A model generated the notes under the pieces. That model did no database searches, was not told the origin of the DNA, and saw only the letters and a program-made list of their open reading frames with translations. 64,000 nt of DNA, taken from the NCBI GenBank assembly GCA_027310185.1, contig DAIDBH010000006.1, positions 32,001-96,000 on the forward strand. Reading direction: 5' to 3'. Position 1 is the first letter of the stretch, and every line of letters starts with the position of its first letter. The stretch comes from Thermoplasmatales archaeon. GTDB lineage: Archaea; Thermoplasmatota; Thermoplasmata; Thermoplasmatales; Thermoplasmataceae. Positions 9,414-20,087 of the stretch are shown one piece after another. The position numbers were made by a program, and so were the translations under genes.

Positions 9414-10421
9414 TTGACCATGGATTTTGTTGAAAAATATACTGCCTTTCTCCAGAATAACAGGGACATGATAAGGAGGAGCCTTGTTTTGCATGAAGAG
9501 GATCCTGCATACGTTTATTTCAGGGATAAGATCCAGAGATTATTTCATGAATTACCAGAACAGAAGAAACCAGAACTCAGGCTCAGTGCAACGGATGGCT
9601 CAGAATTTTCAAGGGAACTGTATAACGGCCAGAAACTTGTTGTTGCAAGGGCTGTTTCCCAGATAGATGGAGATGAACTTGAGGAAGATGCCTTCCATCT
9701 GATACGTGTGGACAGGGAGCAGAAAAGTGAACTCATAAAGAGGATAATGGAGAACCTGGAGCATTTGGCTGCGACCAGATCAATTCTGGAGAAGGACGCT
9801 CAGGTTTGCCTGATGGATGGATCACTGTCCGGCAGGCTTTACTGGGGGACAACAAAATTTGATACAGATCTTCCTGATATTTACTCTTTGTATACAGAAA
9901 ATCTGGTGAACTTCGTGAGAGCCATTAAAGAAAAAAGGATAGTGCTGATCTTCATAGGCAAGAGTTCAGAAACCATGATCCTGAAGAGAACCATACTGGA
10001 ATCTGATACCAATGCACCTGACAACATCAGGAAACAGGCAATAACTGATCATCTCTTAATCAAGTCAATAGTGCAGAATCCCGGATTCACAGAACCCATA
10101 TTCGTGGAAAAGGAGATAGTGAAAGGTCAGAAGATATCATTTTATACAATGCATGTTCTTCCATCCATGGATGATACACCGATGAAGGTTGATTTTATCA
10201 TACCAGAGGATTCTGTCATAGATCACAGAGATATAGTTTCATGGATTATGTGGGGCTATACAGGTTTGAAGAATCACAACCTGTGGATATCGCTCGCTGA
10301 TAAGAGGGTCAAGTTCCACAGAGAAGAAACAGAGGATATTATCATGAAGCAGTTCATAAAGATGGCTGGATCGGAAAATGTTGAGACCAGGGGTGAAAGA
10401 CGTGCAAGAATCAGATTTTGA
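9414..10421 (+). CDS. nurA: NurA 5'-3' nuclease
   Basis: ATDGS, ENLE and LMDGSL motifs; heads the herA-mre11-rad50 operon. Confidence 0.85.
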   Translation: MTMDFVEKYTAFLQNNRDMIRRSLVLHEEDPAYVYFRDKIQRLFHELPEQKKPELRLSATDGSEFSRELYNGQKLVVARAVSQIDGDELEEDAFHLIRVDREQKSELIKRIMENLEHLAATRSILEKDAQVCLMDGSLSGRLYWGTTKFDTDLPDIYSLYTENLVNFVRAIKEKRIVLIFIGKSSETMILKRTILESDTNAPDNIRKQAITDHLLIKSIVQNPGFTEPIFVEKEIVKGQKISFYTMHVLPSMDDTPMKVDFIIPEDSVIDHRDIVSWIMWGYTGLKNHNLWISLADKRVKFHREETEDIIMKQFIKMAGSENVETRGERRARIRF

Positions 10422-11925
10422 TATGGGATACGTAACGGGACAGAGCGAGAGCGAATATTTTCAGTTCGTTATCAGCCCAGACGCAGTGCTTAAAAGATGG
10501 GAGTACATAACAGTGGTACAGCATGGAAGAAGTATTATTGGGAGGGTGGAAAAACTACTTTCCTTCAGCGATCTCATCGGGCAGGGCATAGATTTTGAGA
10601 CAGTTAAGAAATTGAACAGCACTAAGATCAGGGAGATAGTTGATGTTGCAAGGGCAAGGACTGTAGGATCAATTACGGATGATGGAAGGGTTCTGAAGAG
10701 CAACAGGGAGCTTATAAGACCGGGAACACCGGTAAAGAGATCAACTGAGGAAGAGATGAAGACACTCTTCGGTTACAGTGATGAAGGAAACCTTGAACTT
10801 GGAACACTGACGGATTACGATAATGTAAAGACTGGAATTTCCATAAATGGAATGAGAAGGCATGTGGCAATCATGGCCCAGACAGGTGCAGGAAAAAGCA
10901 ACACAGCTGCAGTTCTTATAGAGGAGCTTGCAAAGGCAGGTGCTACCATAGTTGTGCTTGATCCTCATGCAGACTATTCTCTGATGAAGGCAAGTAAGTC
11001 CATGGCTGACATAACGAAAGTATTCAAGACTCCAATGAGTACAGGCAGGTATGGAACTGAACTCAATTCACTGACAGAACGTTTCTCGCTTAGATTCCAG
11101 GACCTTGAGGAAGATGACCTGTTCAATATAATGAGGATCGATGAGCAGTGGACAAATATGAGGGAAATAGTGAGGCGATTATATGCCAATATCAAGGGGA
11201 AGGGAAATTTTGAGGATTTCATGCGTGCCTATGAATCCATGCCGTTGCAGGACAAGTCAAAGATTTCAGGAAGAATCGCCCTGCTAAAGGCAGTAAAGGA
11301 CATATTCACAGATGTAACGACACCAGTTACATCTTACCTGAGGCCGGGACAGCTTTCCATTCTTGACCTTTCAGGACTGGATCAGGACATAATCTCATAT
11401 TTCTGCCTGAAGGTCCTGGATGAGATATATGATCAGAAGACCTCTGGAAATTTCAAGTACCCCGTGTTTTTCTTCATAGAGGAAGCGCATAACTTCGTTG
11501 GAAGAGAGACCGTGGGAAAATTGCCAGTACTGATCAAGAAGATAGCAGCAGAGGGCAGGAAATTTGGAACATTTCTTGTTGTGATCACCCAGAGGCCGGG
11601 AAAAATAGATCAGGATGTGCTGAGCCAGTGCAATTCCCAGATCATTTTGCGTGTAACCAATCCAATGGATCAGAAGGCAATTGAGGAATCCTGCGAGAGT
11701 GTGAGCGAATCAATTATAAATGATCTCCCATCCCTTAATACGGGAGAGGCAGTACTGGTTGGAGAATTCGTCAGGTTTCCGGTGATCATAAAGGTAAGAA
11801 GAAGGGAAACACGTGAGGGTGGCGGTGATATTGACATACTGCCACTGATGAGGGAATCTATAAAACTAAGGGAAAAAGCTTCATCACCGGAAAAGAACAG
11901 GGATTTCATAAAGGGGCTGGTCTGA
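10402..11925 (+). CDS. herA: HerA bipolar helicase/ATPase
   Basis: HAS barrel, RHVAIMAQTGAGKS, IEEAHNF, EGRKFG, TQRP; GTG start after GGGGTGA SD inferred. Confidence 0.92.
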   Translation: MQESDFDMGYVTGQSESEYFQFVISPDAVLKRWEYITVVQHGRSIIGRVEKLLSFSDLIGQGIDFETVKKLNSTKIREIVDVARARTVGSITDDGRVLKSNRELIRPGTPVKRSTEEEMKTLFGYSDEGNLELGTLTDYDNVKTGISINGMRRHVAIMAQTGAGKSNTAAVLIEELAKAGATIVVLDPHADYSLMKASKSMADITKVFKTPMSTGRYGTELNSLTERFSLRFQDLEEDDLFNIMRIDEQWTNMREIVRRLYANIKGKGNFEDFMRAYESMPLQDKSKISGRIALLKAVKDIFTDVTTPVTSYLRPGQLSILDLSGLDQDIISYFCLKVLDEIYDQKTSGNFKYPVFFFIEEAHNFVGRETVGKLPVLIKKIAAEGRKFGTFLVVITQRPGKIDQDVLSQCNSQIILRVTNPMDQKAIEESCESVSESIINDLPSLNTGEAVLVGEFVRFPVIIKVRRRETREGGGDIDILPLMRESIKLREKASSPEKNRDFIKGLV

Positions 11926-11937
11926 ACGGTCAGGTTC

Positions 11938-13053
11938 ATGCATATTTCTGACACCCATCTAGGGTCGGTACAGTATGGAATCCCTGAAAGGGAATCTGAT
12001 TTCTATGACGCCTTCAGAGAGGGCATACAGATCGGCATAGACAGGGATGTAGATTTCATAGTTCACTCCGGTGATCTTTTTGATTCGGCAAGGCCATCCA
12101 ACAGGGCACTGAGGGTTGCAGAGGAATCGATGATGCTTTTACAGAAGAATAACATACCCGTATTCTCAATAGCAGGTGATCATGACAGGCCAAAGGTAAG
12201 GGATAATCCGTCACATATCCTCTTCGATCTCTTTGGCCTCAGAATACTGGGACTTGAAGGCTTTGAAAGCACATTATTCAGGAAGGGTGGTGAGGAAGTG
12301 TTCATAGGAGGCGTCAGCAATATGAAGCTGTTCAAGAGGGACCAGTTGAAGGAAGAATATGACAGGGCAAGCAGGGAGGCATCGGACCACAAGATATCTG
12401 TCTTCATGTCGCACCAGGCAATATCCCCTTTATTTCCACCTGAAAGCTCAGAGGCAAGAGAGGAAGACCTTCCTGTAAACTACAACTACCTGGCATTCGG
12501 CCATATCCACCAGTTCATAAAGAAGAAGTATGGCAGATCCCTTTTCTGTTATGCTGGTTCAACTGAAGTGAAGAGCACCAATGAAATATCTGGATTGACG
12601 AGACAGGGAAAGGGAGTGAATATAGTTGATACTGATGGTGATGAAACTGAAATGGAAAGGGTGATCCTGAGGAGCGTCAGGGTCCAGCGGGACCTCACTG
12701 GAACTCTGGATGAATGCCTTGAGAAACTTGACGGGCTGAACAGGGAGGAATATGAAAAGAAACCAGTGATCACCATGCATATCCATGGCAAGCCAAATGT
12801 AGAATACATGAGAAAAAAACTGGGTGAATACAGGGAGAAATTCATAATAAGGCAACCCATAATAGAGGAAAATGCAGAAGCAGTGGAAATGTCACCATCA
12901 TTTGAGGAAAGTATAGGTTCCATATTCACCAAGTATTTTGCCGATGAGAAGAAAGGCAACATGGCACTTTCTATATACAATTTGATAAAGGATGGAAAAC
13001 ACAGTGACGAAGACATACTAAAGATCTGTGAGGAGATATTGAATGATAATTGA
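11938..13053 (+). CDS. mre11: Mre11 nuclease (true start possibly ACG at 11926)
   Basis: HISDTHLG, SGDLFD, AGDHD, SHQ, GHIH, YAGS. Confidence 0.93.
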   Translation: MHISDTHLGSVQYGIPERESDFYDAFREGIQIGIDRDVDFIVHSGDLFDSARPSNRALRVAEESMMLLQKNNIPVFSIAGDHDRPKVRDNPSHILFDLFGLRILGLEGFESTLFRKGGEEVFIGGVSNMKLFKRDQLKEEYDRASREASDHKISVFMSHQAISPLFPPESSEAREEDLPVNYNYLAFGHIHQFIKKKYGRSLFCYAGSTEVKSTNEISGLTRQGKGVNIVDTDGDETEMERVILRSVRVQRDLTGTLDECLEKLDGLNREEYEKKPVITMHIHGKPNVEYMRKKLGEYREKFIIRQPIIEENAEAVEMSPSFEESIGSIFTKYFADEKKGNMALSIYNLIKDGKHSDEDILKICEEILNDN

Positions 13054-15748
13054 GAATGTTAAGATGGAGAATTTCCTCTCCCACAGGAACAGTGACATAT
13101 ACCTGGGCACAGGTATAAACATCATACTGGGACAGAACGGTTCTGGCAAATCATCCATATTTGAGGCCATAAAAGTTGCATTCTTTGGCCAGGGGGAGAG
13201 CGAGAGAAAAAGGGTTGTTTCATATAATTCAACAATGGCAAGCATACAGGTCAGGTTCAGGATAGGCTCTCATGAGTATGAGGTATCTAGGCAGATAGAG
13301 AATAAGAAGGACAGGGAAACGACCAGAAACGCAACCTTGCACATGGATGGCCAGAAATTGGCAGAAGGTGCAGGTGCTGTTTCTGCTGAAATTCAGAACA
13401 TCATGGGTATTTCAAAAAGTGCATTCATAAATTCAATATATGTTGATCAGGGGCAGATAGACTCCCTGGTTAAGGAAACTCCTGCAGAAAGGAAGGATGT
13501 CTTCAATGAAATTATAGGTTTGAAGAATTATGACAGGGCATTCAATGAAGTTGACAGAATCGTGAAGGATATGTCAGCAAAGATCGGCCAGTTTGAATTT
13601 ATCACGGATGGATTGAGGAATTCCGAAGAAGAGATAGGCAGAAAGAGGGAAGAGCTTGAAAAAGTGGAACGGGATGAAAAGAAAAACGATCAGGATATGA
13701 AGCAAACAGATGCTCTAATGAAAGAAATAAACGGGAGGCACCTGAAATTTGTTGAGCTCAATGGCACCCTGAAATCACAAACGGATTACATGTTGAGTGC
13801 AGTGAGGGAAAGGAACGATGTGGAGAAAGTGATCAGGGAAGTAGGCGATTCACTGAAAAATCTTGGTTCACTGAGGAAAACACTAACTGAACTGGAAAAC
13901 AGTGAACTGTACCTAAATGGAGATAAGATAGCCCTTATTGAACAGAATCATAGGCAGATAGAAGATATTAAAACTCAGGTGGTGCAGCTGGAAAGAAATC
14001 TCCAGAGCCTTAGAACCTCAGAGAGTAATATACAACAATTATATAGTAAATATAATGAAATGAAATTGAAGATAGATGATATGGAGAAGAAGGAGAAGGA
14101 AAAAGAACTGGTTTCAGAGGAAAATTATAAATATATTACAGTTGAGAAGGAGATAAAGAAAAAACAGTCAGAAGTCGATAATGATAAAAATAAGCTGGAA
14201 GAGATACGAAAGAGCATTCCAGAGATGATAGTGTCAGGAAAGATGTCATCTGATGATACTGACCGCGAAATCATGAAGCTGAGATCTGAAGAAAATGAAC
14301 AGGTCTCGAGAATTGGTTCCTGCAGAACCGAAATCGCAAGACTCAATGATGAAATAAAGAGATTAGGCATCAAGATTGAGGAACTGCAAGATGCAGGGGA
14401 GTGCCCCCTTTGTGGTCAGGAACTCACCCACGAGCACAGGTCAAGGGTGATGGAAGAATACAGAAACCAGATTGAGAAGTCTAGATTGGATATAGAATCT
14501 AATGAAAGTATGCTGGGAGCACTTACAAGAAAGATCGATAACATAAAGAAGAGTATTGATTCACTTTCCTCCAATTCAGTGAAAACTTATTACCGGATAA
14601 TGGAGAATATTGCCAGGAATGAAAAAGACCTGAATTCAATGTTAATTGAACTTAGCACCATGAAAGAATCACATACAAGATATGAGGAAATCACTTCTTT
14701 CCTGCATGATCATGAGAGTCTCAGGAAAGAATTCAAGGAAATAGATAATGAACTCCAGAAATTGCGCGGAACGGTGGATCTTCTCAAGGAACAGAAAATA
14801 CCTGAAAATATTGAAGCAATGAAAAAGAAGATTGAAAATCTTGAACGGGTTGATAGAGCCAATGAAAAATCTTTCCTGCTGTGGAAGGAAGGTAAAAGAT
14901 CACAGGACTTTGAGCAGTTAAGGAAAAGAATTGCCGATACAAGAAAAGAGATAGAATCCTATGCTGAAAAGGAGGATGAGTTGAAAAGGGCAGGTACAAG
15001 GCTTGTTTCCCTCAATGAATCCATTGAAAATATGAAAAAAGATACAGAAAGACTGACTGATGAAATCAGAAAATTTGGGGGCGTAGAAAGGGAGCTGTCA
15101 GAAATAAATGCCAGATACAGTGAACTTATGGAAAGAAAGGTCTATCTTACAGGACAGAAATCATCCCTGGAAACATCCCTTAAGGATCTTGAAAAAAGTA
15201 CGGATAAGTTGAGGCAGGAACTGGATGAAATTGGCAGAATTAAGAAGATCAATGATTTTCTTGTTCTTGTTAAAAAAGCTTTCAACAGGGACGGTATCCC
15301 GCAGCTGATAAGGCAGATGGCCCTGGAGTCTATAAACTCCATAACCAGGAACCTTATATCAAGATTCAATCTGAACATAGAGGACATTAGGATTTCTGAT
15401 GATCTGGATGTTGATATAATGCAGTATGGGCAAATCAAGAACATAACCCAGCTTAGCGGTGGGGAAAAGACATCAGTTTCCATTGCTATGAGGCTTGCCA
15501 TAGCCAAATATCTAGGCAGGAACATAAGCACAATAATGATGGATGAACCTACAATTTACCTGGATGAGGAGAGACGTAATGATCTCCGCGAAATACTCCA
15601 GTATGCCATGAAGGATCTGAGCGATGAGGGCATATTCCCGCAGATAGTAATAATAACACATCACACCGAACTTGAAACTGCTGCAGACATTTCACTGCAT
15701 GTCAGCAAGGTTGGCGGAGAATCAGTTGTTGAAAACAGTGCTTACTGA
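13043..15748 (+). CDS. rad50: Rad50 SMC-like ATPase
   Basis: GQNGSGKS, coiled coil, CPLCG zinc hook, LSGGE, MMDEPT. Confidence 0.95.
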   Translation: MIIENVKMENFLSHRNSDIYLGTGINIILGQNGSGKSSIFEAIKVAFFGQGESERKRVVSYNSTMASIQVRFRIGSHEYEVSRQIENKKDRETTRNATLHMDGQKLAEGAGAVSAEIQNIMGISKSAFINSIYVDQGQIDSLVKETPAERKDVFNEIIGLKNYDRAFNEVDRIVKDMSAKIGQFEFITDGLRNSEEEIGRKREELEKVERDEKKNDQDMKQTDALMKEINGRHLKFVELNGTLKSQTDYMLSAVRERNDVEKVIREVGDSLKNLGSLRKTLTELENSELYLNGDKIALIEQNHRQIEDIKTQVVQLERNLQSLRTSESNIQQLYSKYNEMKLKIDDMEKKEKEKELVSEENYKYITVEKEIKKKQSEVDNDKNKLEEIRKSIPEMIVSGKMSSDDTDREIMKLRSEENEQVSRIGSCRTEIARLNDEIKRLGIKIEELQDAGECPLCGQELTHEHRSRVMEEYRNQIEKSRLDIESNESMLGALTRKIDNIKKSIDSLSSNSVKTYYRIMENIARNEKDLNSMLIELSTMKESHTRYEEITSFLHDHESLRKEFKEIDNELQKLRGTVDLLKEQKIPENIEAMKKKIENLERVDRANEKSFLLWKEGKRSQDFEQLRKRIADTRKEIESYAEKEDELKRAGTRLVSLNESIENMKKDTERLTDEIRKFGGVERELSEINARYSELMERKVYLTGQKSSLETSLKDLEKSTDKLRQELDEIGRIKKINDFLVLVKKAFNRDGIPQLIRQMALESINSITRNLISRFNLNIEDIRISDDLDVDIMQYGQIKNITQLSGGEKTSVSIAMRLAIAKYLGRNISTIMMDEPTIYLDEERRNDLREILQYAMKDLSDEGIFPQIVIITHHTELETAADISLHVSKVGGESVVENSAY

Positions 15749-16131
15749 GGATTCCTGCTCCTGTAATCCTTTATCATTTTGATCAGGGCATCGTATGACA
15801 GAAGTGCACATTTTTCTCTTGCAGGTCCAAGGGTCAATCCAAGATTACCAAGGACATCAGTTTTTTTCATGTCCATAACACTTTCAACGCTCTTTCCCTC
15901 CACATTCTCTGAAAGAATGGACGCTGCAGCCACGCTGATAAGACAGCCTTTTGCAACATATTTTATGTCCTTGATCCTGCCATCACCGATCTTCACATAC
16001 ATGGCAATGGTGTCACCACACGTGGGATTTGTTTCCATTATCTGTTCATCTGGATTCTCGATCTTGCCGAAATTTCTTGGCTCCTGATAGTGCTCATCTA
16101 TTATTGCGCTGTAAACTATATCATCACTCAT
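15742..16131 (-). CDS. sufU: Fe-S scaffold/sulfur acceptor (SufU/IscU-like)
   Basis: HYQEPRNFG, NPTCGD, GCLIS, REKCA. Confidence 0.88.
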   Translation of the reverse strand: MSDDIVYSAIIDEHYQEPRNFGKIENPDEQIMETNPTCGDTIAMYVKIGDGRIKDIKYVAKGCLISVAAASILSENVEGKSVESVMDMKKTDVLGNLGLTLGPAREKCALLSYDALIKMIKDYRSRNPQ

Positions 16132-17390
16132 CTTACAATCATCCTCTTTTCTATTTTTTCTATGGAATCAAAAAGGTGATCCACGTCCTTCCTGTCATTG
16201 TATATGTAGAAGGAGGCCCTTGCTGTTGCATATACTCCGAGTGCGACTGTCATGGGCATGGCACAGTGGTGACCTGATCTGAGTTCCACACCCTCAATCC
16301 TGTCAGCCATGTGGGAGATATCATGTGGATGCACCTCGTTTCCAAAGGGCCTGTCACCTGGAACCTTCTTCTGTATATTGAATGTGAATATTCCAGCCTT
16401 GATATCTGGATCTCTGGGACCATAACTTATGAGGTCATCCATATTCATTTCGTCCTCCCTCTTCAGGACATATGAAATGATGTCTCTTTCATGTTCACGA
16501 ATATTTTCCATTCCCAGTCTCCTCAAATAATCAGCTGCTGCAGAAAGACCTATCGCTCCTTCTATGTTTGGTGTGCCCGCCTCAAATTTCTCTGGCACAT
16601 CTGCAGGAACGAAATGATCTTCATACACCTCTTTAATCATCTCTCCACCTCCCATGTATGGTGGCATTTCATTGAGTATTTCCTCTGTTCCGTAAAGGCA
16701 TCCTATACCTGAGGGACCGAGCATCTTGTGCCCGGAAAATGCCATCAGATCACACTGTAGTTTATTCACGTCAACAGGCATGTGCGGAACGCTCTGTGCA
16801 CCGTCAACTACGAACTTTATTCCCATATTGTGAAGATGTCTGCCCATGTCATTGAGGTCATTGAACGTCCCGAGAATGTTTGAACAATGCGTAAGCGAGA
16901 CAATTTTTGTCCTTTCGCTTATGTGTTCCTCCACCATCTTCCAGTCGATCCTGTCCTTCTCACCATTCTCTATGAATTTCAATCTTACTTTCCTGTTTGC
17001 AGACTGTATCTGCCATGGAACTATGTTTGAATGATGCTCCATTCTTGAAATGAGCACCTCGTCACCCTCATTTAGCTTGGAAGTTAGCCCTGATGCTGCA
17101 AGGTTTAGTCCTTCTGTCGCATTCCTCACAAAAACTATATTGTTTGCTGATGCACCTATGAATTTAGCAACGTTCTCCCTTGATTTGTTATACAGATCTG
17201 TCGCCTCTTCTCCTACCCTGTAAACACCCCTATGAACATTAGAATTATGATTCTCATAAAAATCCACTATGGAATCTATAACAGCTTTTGGTTTCTGTGT
17301 CGTTGCAGCGTTGTCAAGATATATTATTCCATCCCTCTCAAATCTTCTGAAAATTGGAAAATCCTTTCTGATTTCTTCAACATTGATCAA
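16128..17390 (-). CDS. sufS: SufS cysteine desulfurase
   Basis: YLDNAATTQKP, FSGHKMLGP, RSGHHCA. Confidence 0.95.
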   Translation of the reverse strand: MINVEEIRKDFPIFRRFERDGIIYLDNAATTQKPKAVIDSIVDFYENHNSNVHRGVYRVGEEATDLYNKSRENVAKFIGASANNIVFVRNATEGLNLAASGLTSKLNEGDEVLISRMEHHSNIVPWQIQSANRKVRLKFIENGEKDRIDWKMVEEHISERTKIVSLTHCSNILGTFNDLNDMGRHLHNMGIKFVVDGAQSVPHMPVDVNKLQCDLMAFSGHKMLGPSGIGCLYGTEEILNEMPPYMGGGEMIKEVYEDHFVPADVPEKFEAGTPNIEGAIGLSAAADYLRRLGMENIREHERDIISYVLKREDEMNMDDLISYGPRDPDIKAGIFTFNIQKKVPGDRPFGNEVHPHDISHMADRIEGVELRSGHHCAMPMTVALGVYATARASFYIYNDRKDVDHLFDSIEKIEKRMIVR

Positions 17391-17421
17391 ATAAGTCGCC
17401 CTGTTAAATAATGTATGTGTT

Positions 17422-18633
17422 TTAAAAATTTATATCCTTTGAATATTCCTGTACCGTTTCGATGAATTTCCTGTTGTTGGATTTCTCTATGATGGATTCA
17501 ATGAAACCTCCAGTTATGAGAGTCGTGGCTGTTTTCTCATCAATTCCCCTGCTTTCCAGGTACAGGATCTGTTCTTTGTCCACACTGCTTATGGCGGAAC
17601 CATGCTTTGATCTCGTGTTATTGTTCCTGATAATCAGTCCGGGTTTTGAGTTTGCATAACCTTCCTTTGAAAGTAAGAGTATCTTTGAATCATAGAATCC
17701 TGTGGAGAGAATACTTGGTAATTCAATGTCTATATTACCCCTGTGAATTGTTGAACTTGAACCCTTGACCACTCCCCTGACCTTAATATCTGCGGCAGTA
17801 CTCTTTCCGATCTGGAAGCTGCTGTCCCTTATATCTATGGACTGATGTCCATTGCTGAAGCTAGCTCCAAATACCCTGTAATCAGATTCATCGCCTTCCT
17901 GTGTTGATTCATTGACAAATAGTAATTTTCCTGAACCATGATTCACGTGGAATATCTTGAAGTTGGAAGACTTTTCCTGGAATGTTCGTATGAATGTTAT
18001 ATCATTCACTGCTGTGTTCTTATCCTGAAGATAGTTATATTCAAGGGATGCACCCTCGTCAAGGAATATGTATGTAACTTTTCCCTGTGTTGGGTTACCC
18101 GATGCTTCTCCGTCCGTATATCTTGATTCAACTAGGTTCACCTTTGAGAATTTCCCTATGAATATGATGTTCTTCTCTGACCCTGAGTCATTGCCGTCAT
18201 TGAAGGCGTCGATGGTAAGTTTAACATTCTTTTCCCTTCCTACCTCTATGAAATAACCTCCACTCCATGATGCATTAATCAGGAATTCTTCCCTTTCCTT
18301 TCCCTTCTTCTCCCAGACAATCCGAGGAAGCTGGCTGAGTACTTCCGTAATATTACTTATCTTGATCCCTGCCTGTTCCTTTTTAGCAAGGATCCTGCCA
18401 TTACCGATCAATACATCAGATTCCTTTCTCTCTATTGCTGTTTTAAGTGGCCGGTACAGTCCAGTTGCCATTTTCTCAAGATCCTTTTCAGTAATATCCA
18501 TATAGTCCTTGACTGTTGGACTTTCCTTATATGATCTTCTCGGTGTCTTCAGGTAGTTCAGGAATGAATCCTGCCTGAAATCGTAGGCAGGATCTTTCAG
18601 TCTTGTTTTTAAAAGATCAGAAAACTGTTCCAT
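17422..18633 (-). CDS. sufD: SufD Fe-S assembly protein
   Basis: Beta-helix SufBD region, SKHGS, YLESRGI; operon position. Confidence 0.85.
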   Translation of the reverse strand: MEQFSDLLKTRLKDPAYDFRQDSFLNYLKTPRRSYKESPTVKDYMDITEKDLEKMATGLYRPLKTAIERKESDVLIGNGRILAKKEQAGIKISNITEVLSQLPRIVWEKKGKEREEFLINASWSGGYFIEVGREKNVKLTIDAFNDGNDSGSEKNIIFIGKFSKVNLVESRYTDGEASGNPTQGKVTYIFLDEGASLEYNYLQDKNTAVNDITFIRTFQEKSSNFKIFHVNHGSGKLLFVNESTQEGDESDYRVFGASFSNGHQSIDIRDSSFQIGKSTAADIKVRGVVKGSSSTIHRGNIDIELPSILSTGFYDSKILLLSKEGYANSKPGLIIRNNNTRSKHGSAISSVDKEQILYLESRGIDEKTATTLITGGFIESIIEKSNNRKFIETVQEYSKDINF

Positions 18634-18639
18634 GGAAGA

Positions 18640-20082
18640 TCATCCTACTGCTCCTAGTTTGTTCATTTCAAGCTTGACGAGTCTGTTCATCTCAATGGCA
18701 AATTCCATCGGGATCTCCTTCATTACATCGTCCAGGAAACCGAGAACAATCATTGAGCTTGCCTCATCCTCAGAAAGTCCCCTTGATCTAAGATAGGTCA
18801 GTTCTTCTGTTCCTATCTTTCCTACACTTGCCTCGTGGGAGAATGTTGCTGTTGGTTCATATATCTCATCGTGCGGGAATGTCAGAGACTGGGAATCATC
18901 GTTGATCAGGAGAGCATCACACTGTACCTTGCTTTTTGAATCAATTGCTCCCTTGTTCATTCTAAGAAGGCCTCTGTATATGGCCTTTCCATCCTCAATG
19001 CTTATGCTCTTCGCAATTATTTTCGATGTTGTGTGAGGTGCAAGATGTATTGCTTTTGCGCCTGTATCCTTTATTGTACCTGCACCGGCAAGGGAGATAT
19101 TCAGGTTCGATGTGGATGCATATGGCCCTCTTAGGTAGGAGGATGGATATATCATTGTTATCTTTGATCCAAGCGATCCACCAACCCATTCCATCTTTGC
19201 CCTTTCATCTACCCATGCCCTTTTTGTTGGCATATTGTACACGCTTTTTGACCAGTTCTGGACACTTGTGTATCTTACATCTGAATCTCTCTGTGCATAT
19301 ATTTCAACAATTGCGCTGTGAAGTGAATCCTTGTCCCATCTTGGTGCTGTGCATCCCTCGATGTAATGTACCTTGGAGCCCTCATCTCCTACAACTATTG
19401 TATGCTCAAACTGCCCTGTGCTTTCATTGTTCATCCTGAAGTATGTCTGCAGTGGCATATCAATGTGAACTCCCTTTGGCACATACAGGAATGAACCTCC
19501 ACTCCATACTGCACCATTGAGTGCTGCAAACTTGTTATCAGTGAAAGGTACCGCCTTGCAGAAATAATCCTTGACAAGATCGGGATGATTCTTAACCGCT
19601 GAGTCAAGATCCATGAAAACCACACCCTTGTCTTCCCATACCTTTTTCAGTGAGTGATAAACACCTTCACTCTCATACTGGGCAACTGATCCTGCAAGAT
19701 ATTTCTGCTCCATTTCAGGTATGCCAAGTTTCTGGAATGTATCCTTTATCTGATCTGGCACATCATCCCAGTTCTGGGATGTTCTCTCATCTGGCCTGTT
19801 GTAGTATGTGGTGTTTTCCCAGTCTATTCCTGACAGGTCTGGTCCCCATGTTGGCATGGGCTTGGACTGGAATATTTCCAGTGCCTTCAATCTCATCCTT
19901 CTCATCCAGTCCGGTTCCTTCTTTATCTCTGAAATCTCCTCTACTACAGCTTTATTCAGACCCTTTCCCGTAGAATATATAGGACTGAATTTGTCATGAA
20001 ATTCCCAGTCCGATGCTTTGGAACCCTTCAGGCTTTCTACTAATCTTTCTATTTCTTCTTCCTTTGTTAATTCAACTTCCAT
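18640..20082 (-). CDS. sufB: SufB Fe-S assembly protein
   Basis: GQFEHT, YIEGCTAP, HEASVGKI, YLRSRGL; start at 20082 after GGAGTGA SD. Confidence 0.95.
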   Translation of the reverse strand: MEVELTKEEEIERLVESLKGSKASDWEFHDKFSPIYSTGKGLNKAVVEEISEIKKEPDWMRRMRLKALEIFQSKPMPTWGPDLSGIDWENTTYYNRPDERTSQNWDDVPDQIKDTFQKLGIPEMEQKYLAGSVAQYESEGVYHSLKKVWEDKGVVFMDLDSAVKNHPDLVKDYFCKAVPFTDNKFAALNGAVWSGGSFLYVPKGVHIDMPLQTYFRMNNESTGQFEHTIVVGDEGSKVHYIEGCTAPRWDKDSLHSAIVEIYAQRDSDVRYTSVQNWSKSVYNMPTKRAWVDERAKMEWVGGSLGSKITMIYPSSYLRGPYASTSNLNISLAGAGTIKDTGAKAIHLAPHTTSKIIAKSISIEDGKAIYRGLLRMNKGAIDSKSKVQCDALLINDDSQSLTFPHDEIYEPTATFSHEASVGKIGTEELTYLRSRGLSEDEASSMIVLGFLDDVMKEIPMEFAIEMNRLVKLEMNKLGAVG

Positions 20083-20087
20083 TTTTA

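Noticed and set aside
13600-15250. GAA/AAG-rich quasi-repeats
   Set aside because: Explained by Rad50 coiled-coil codon usage
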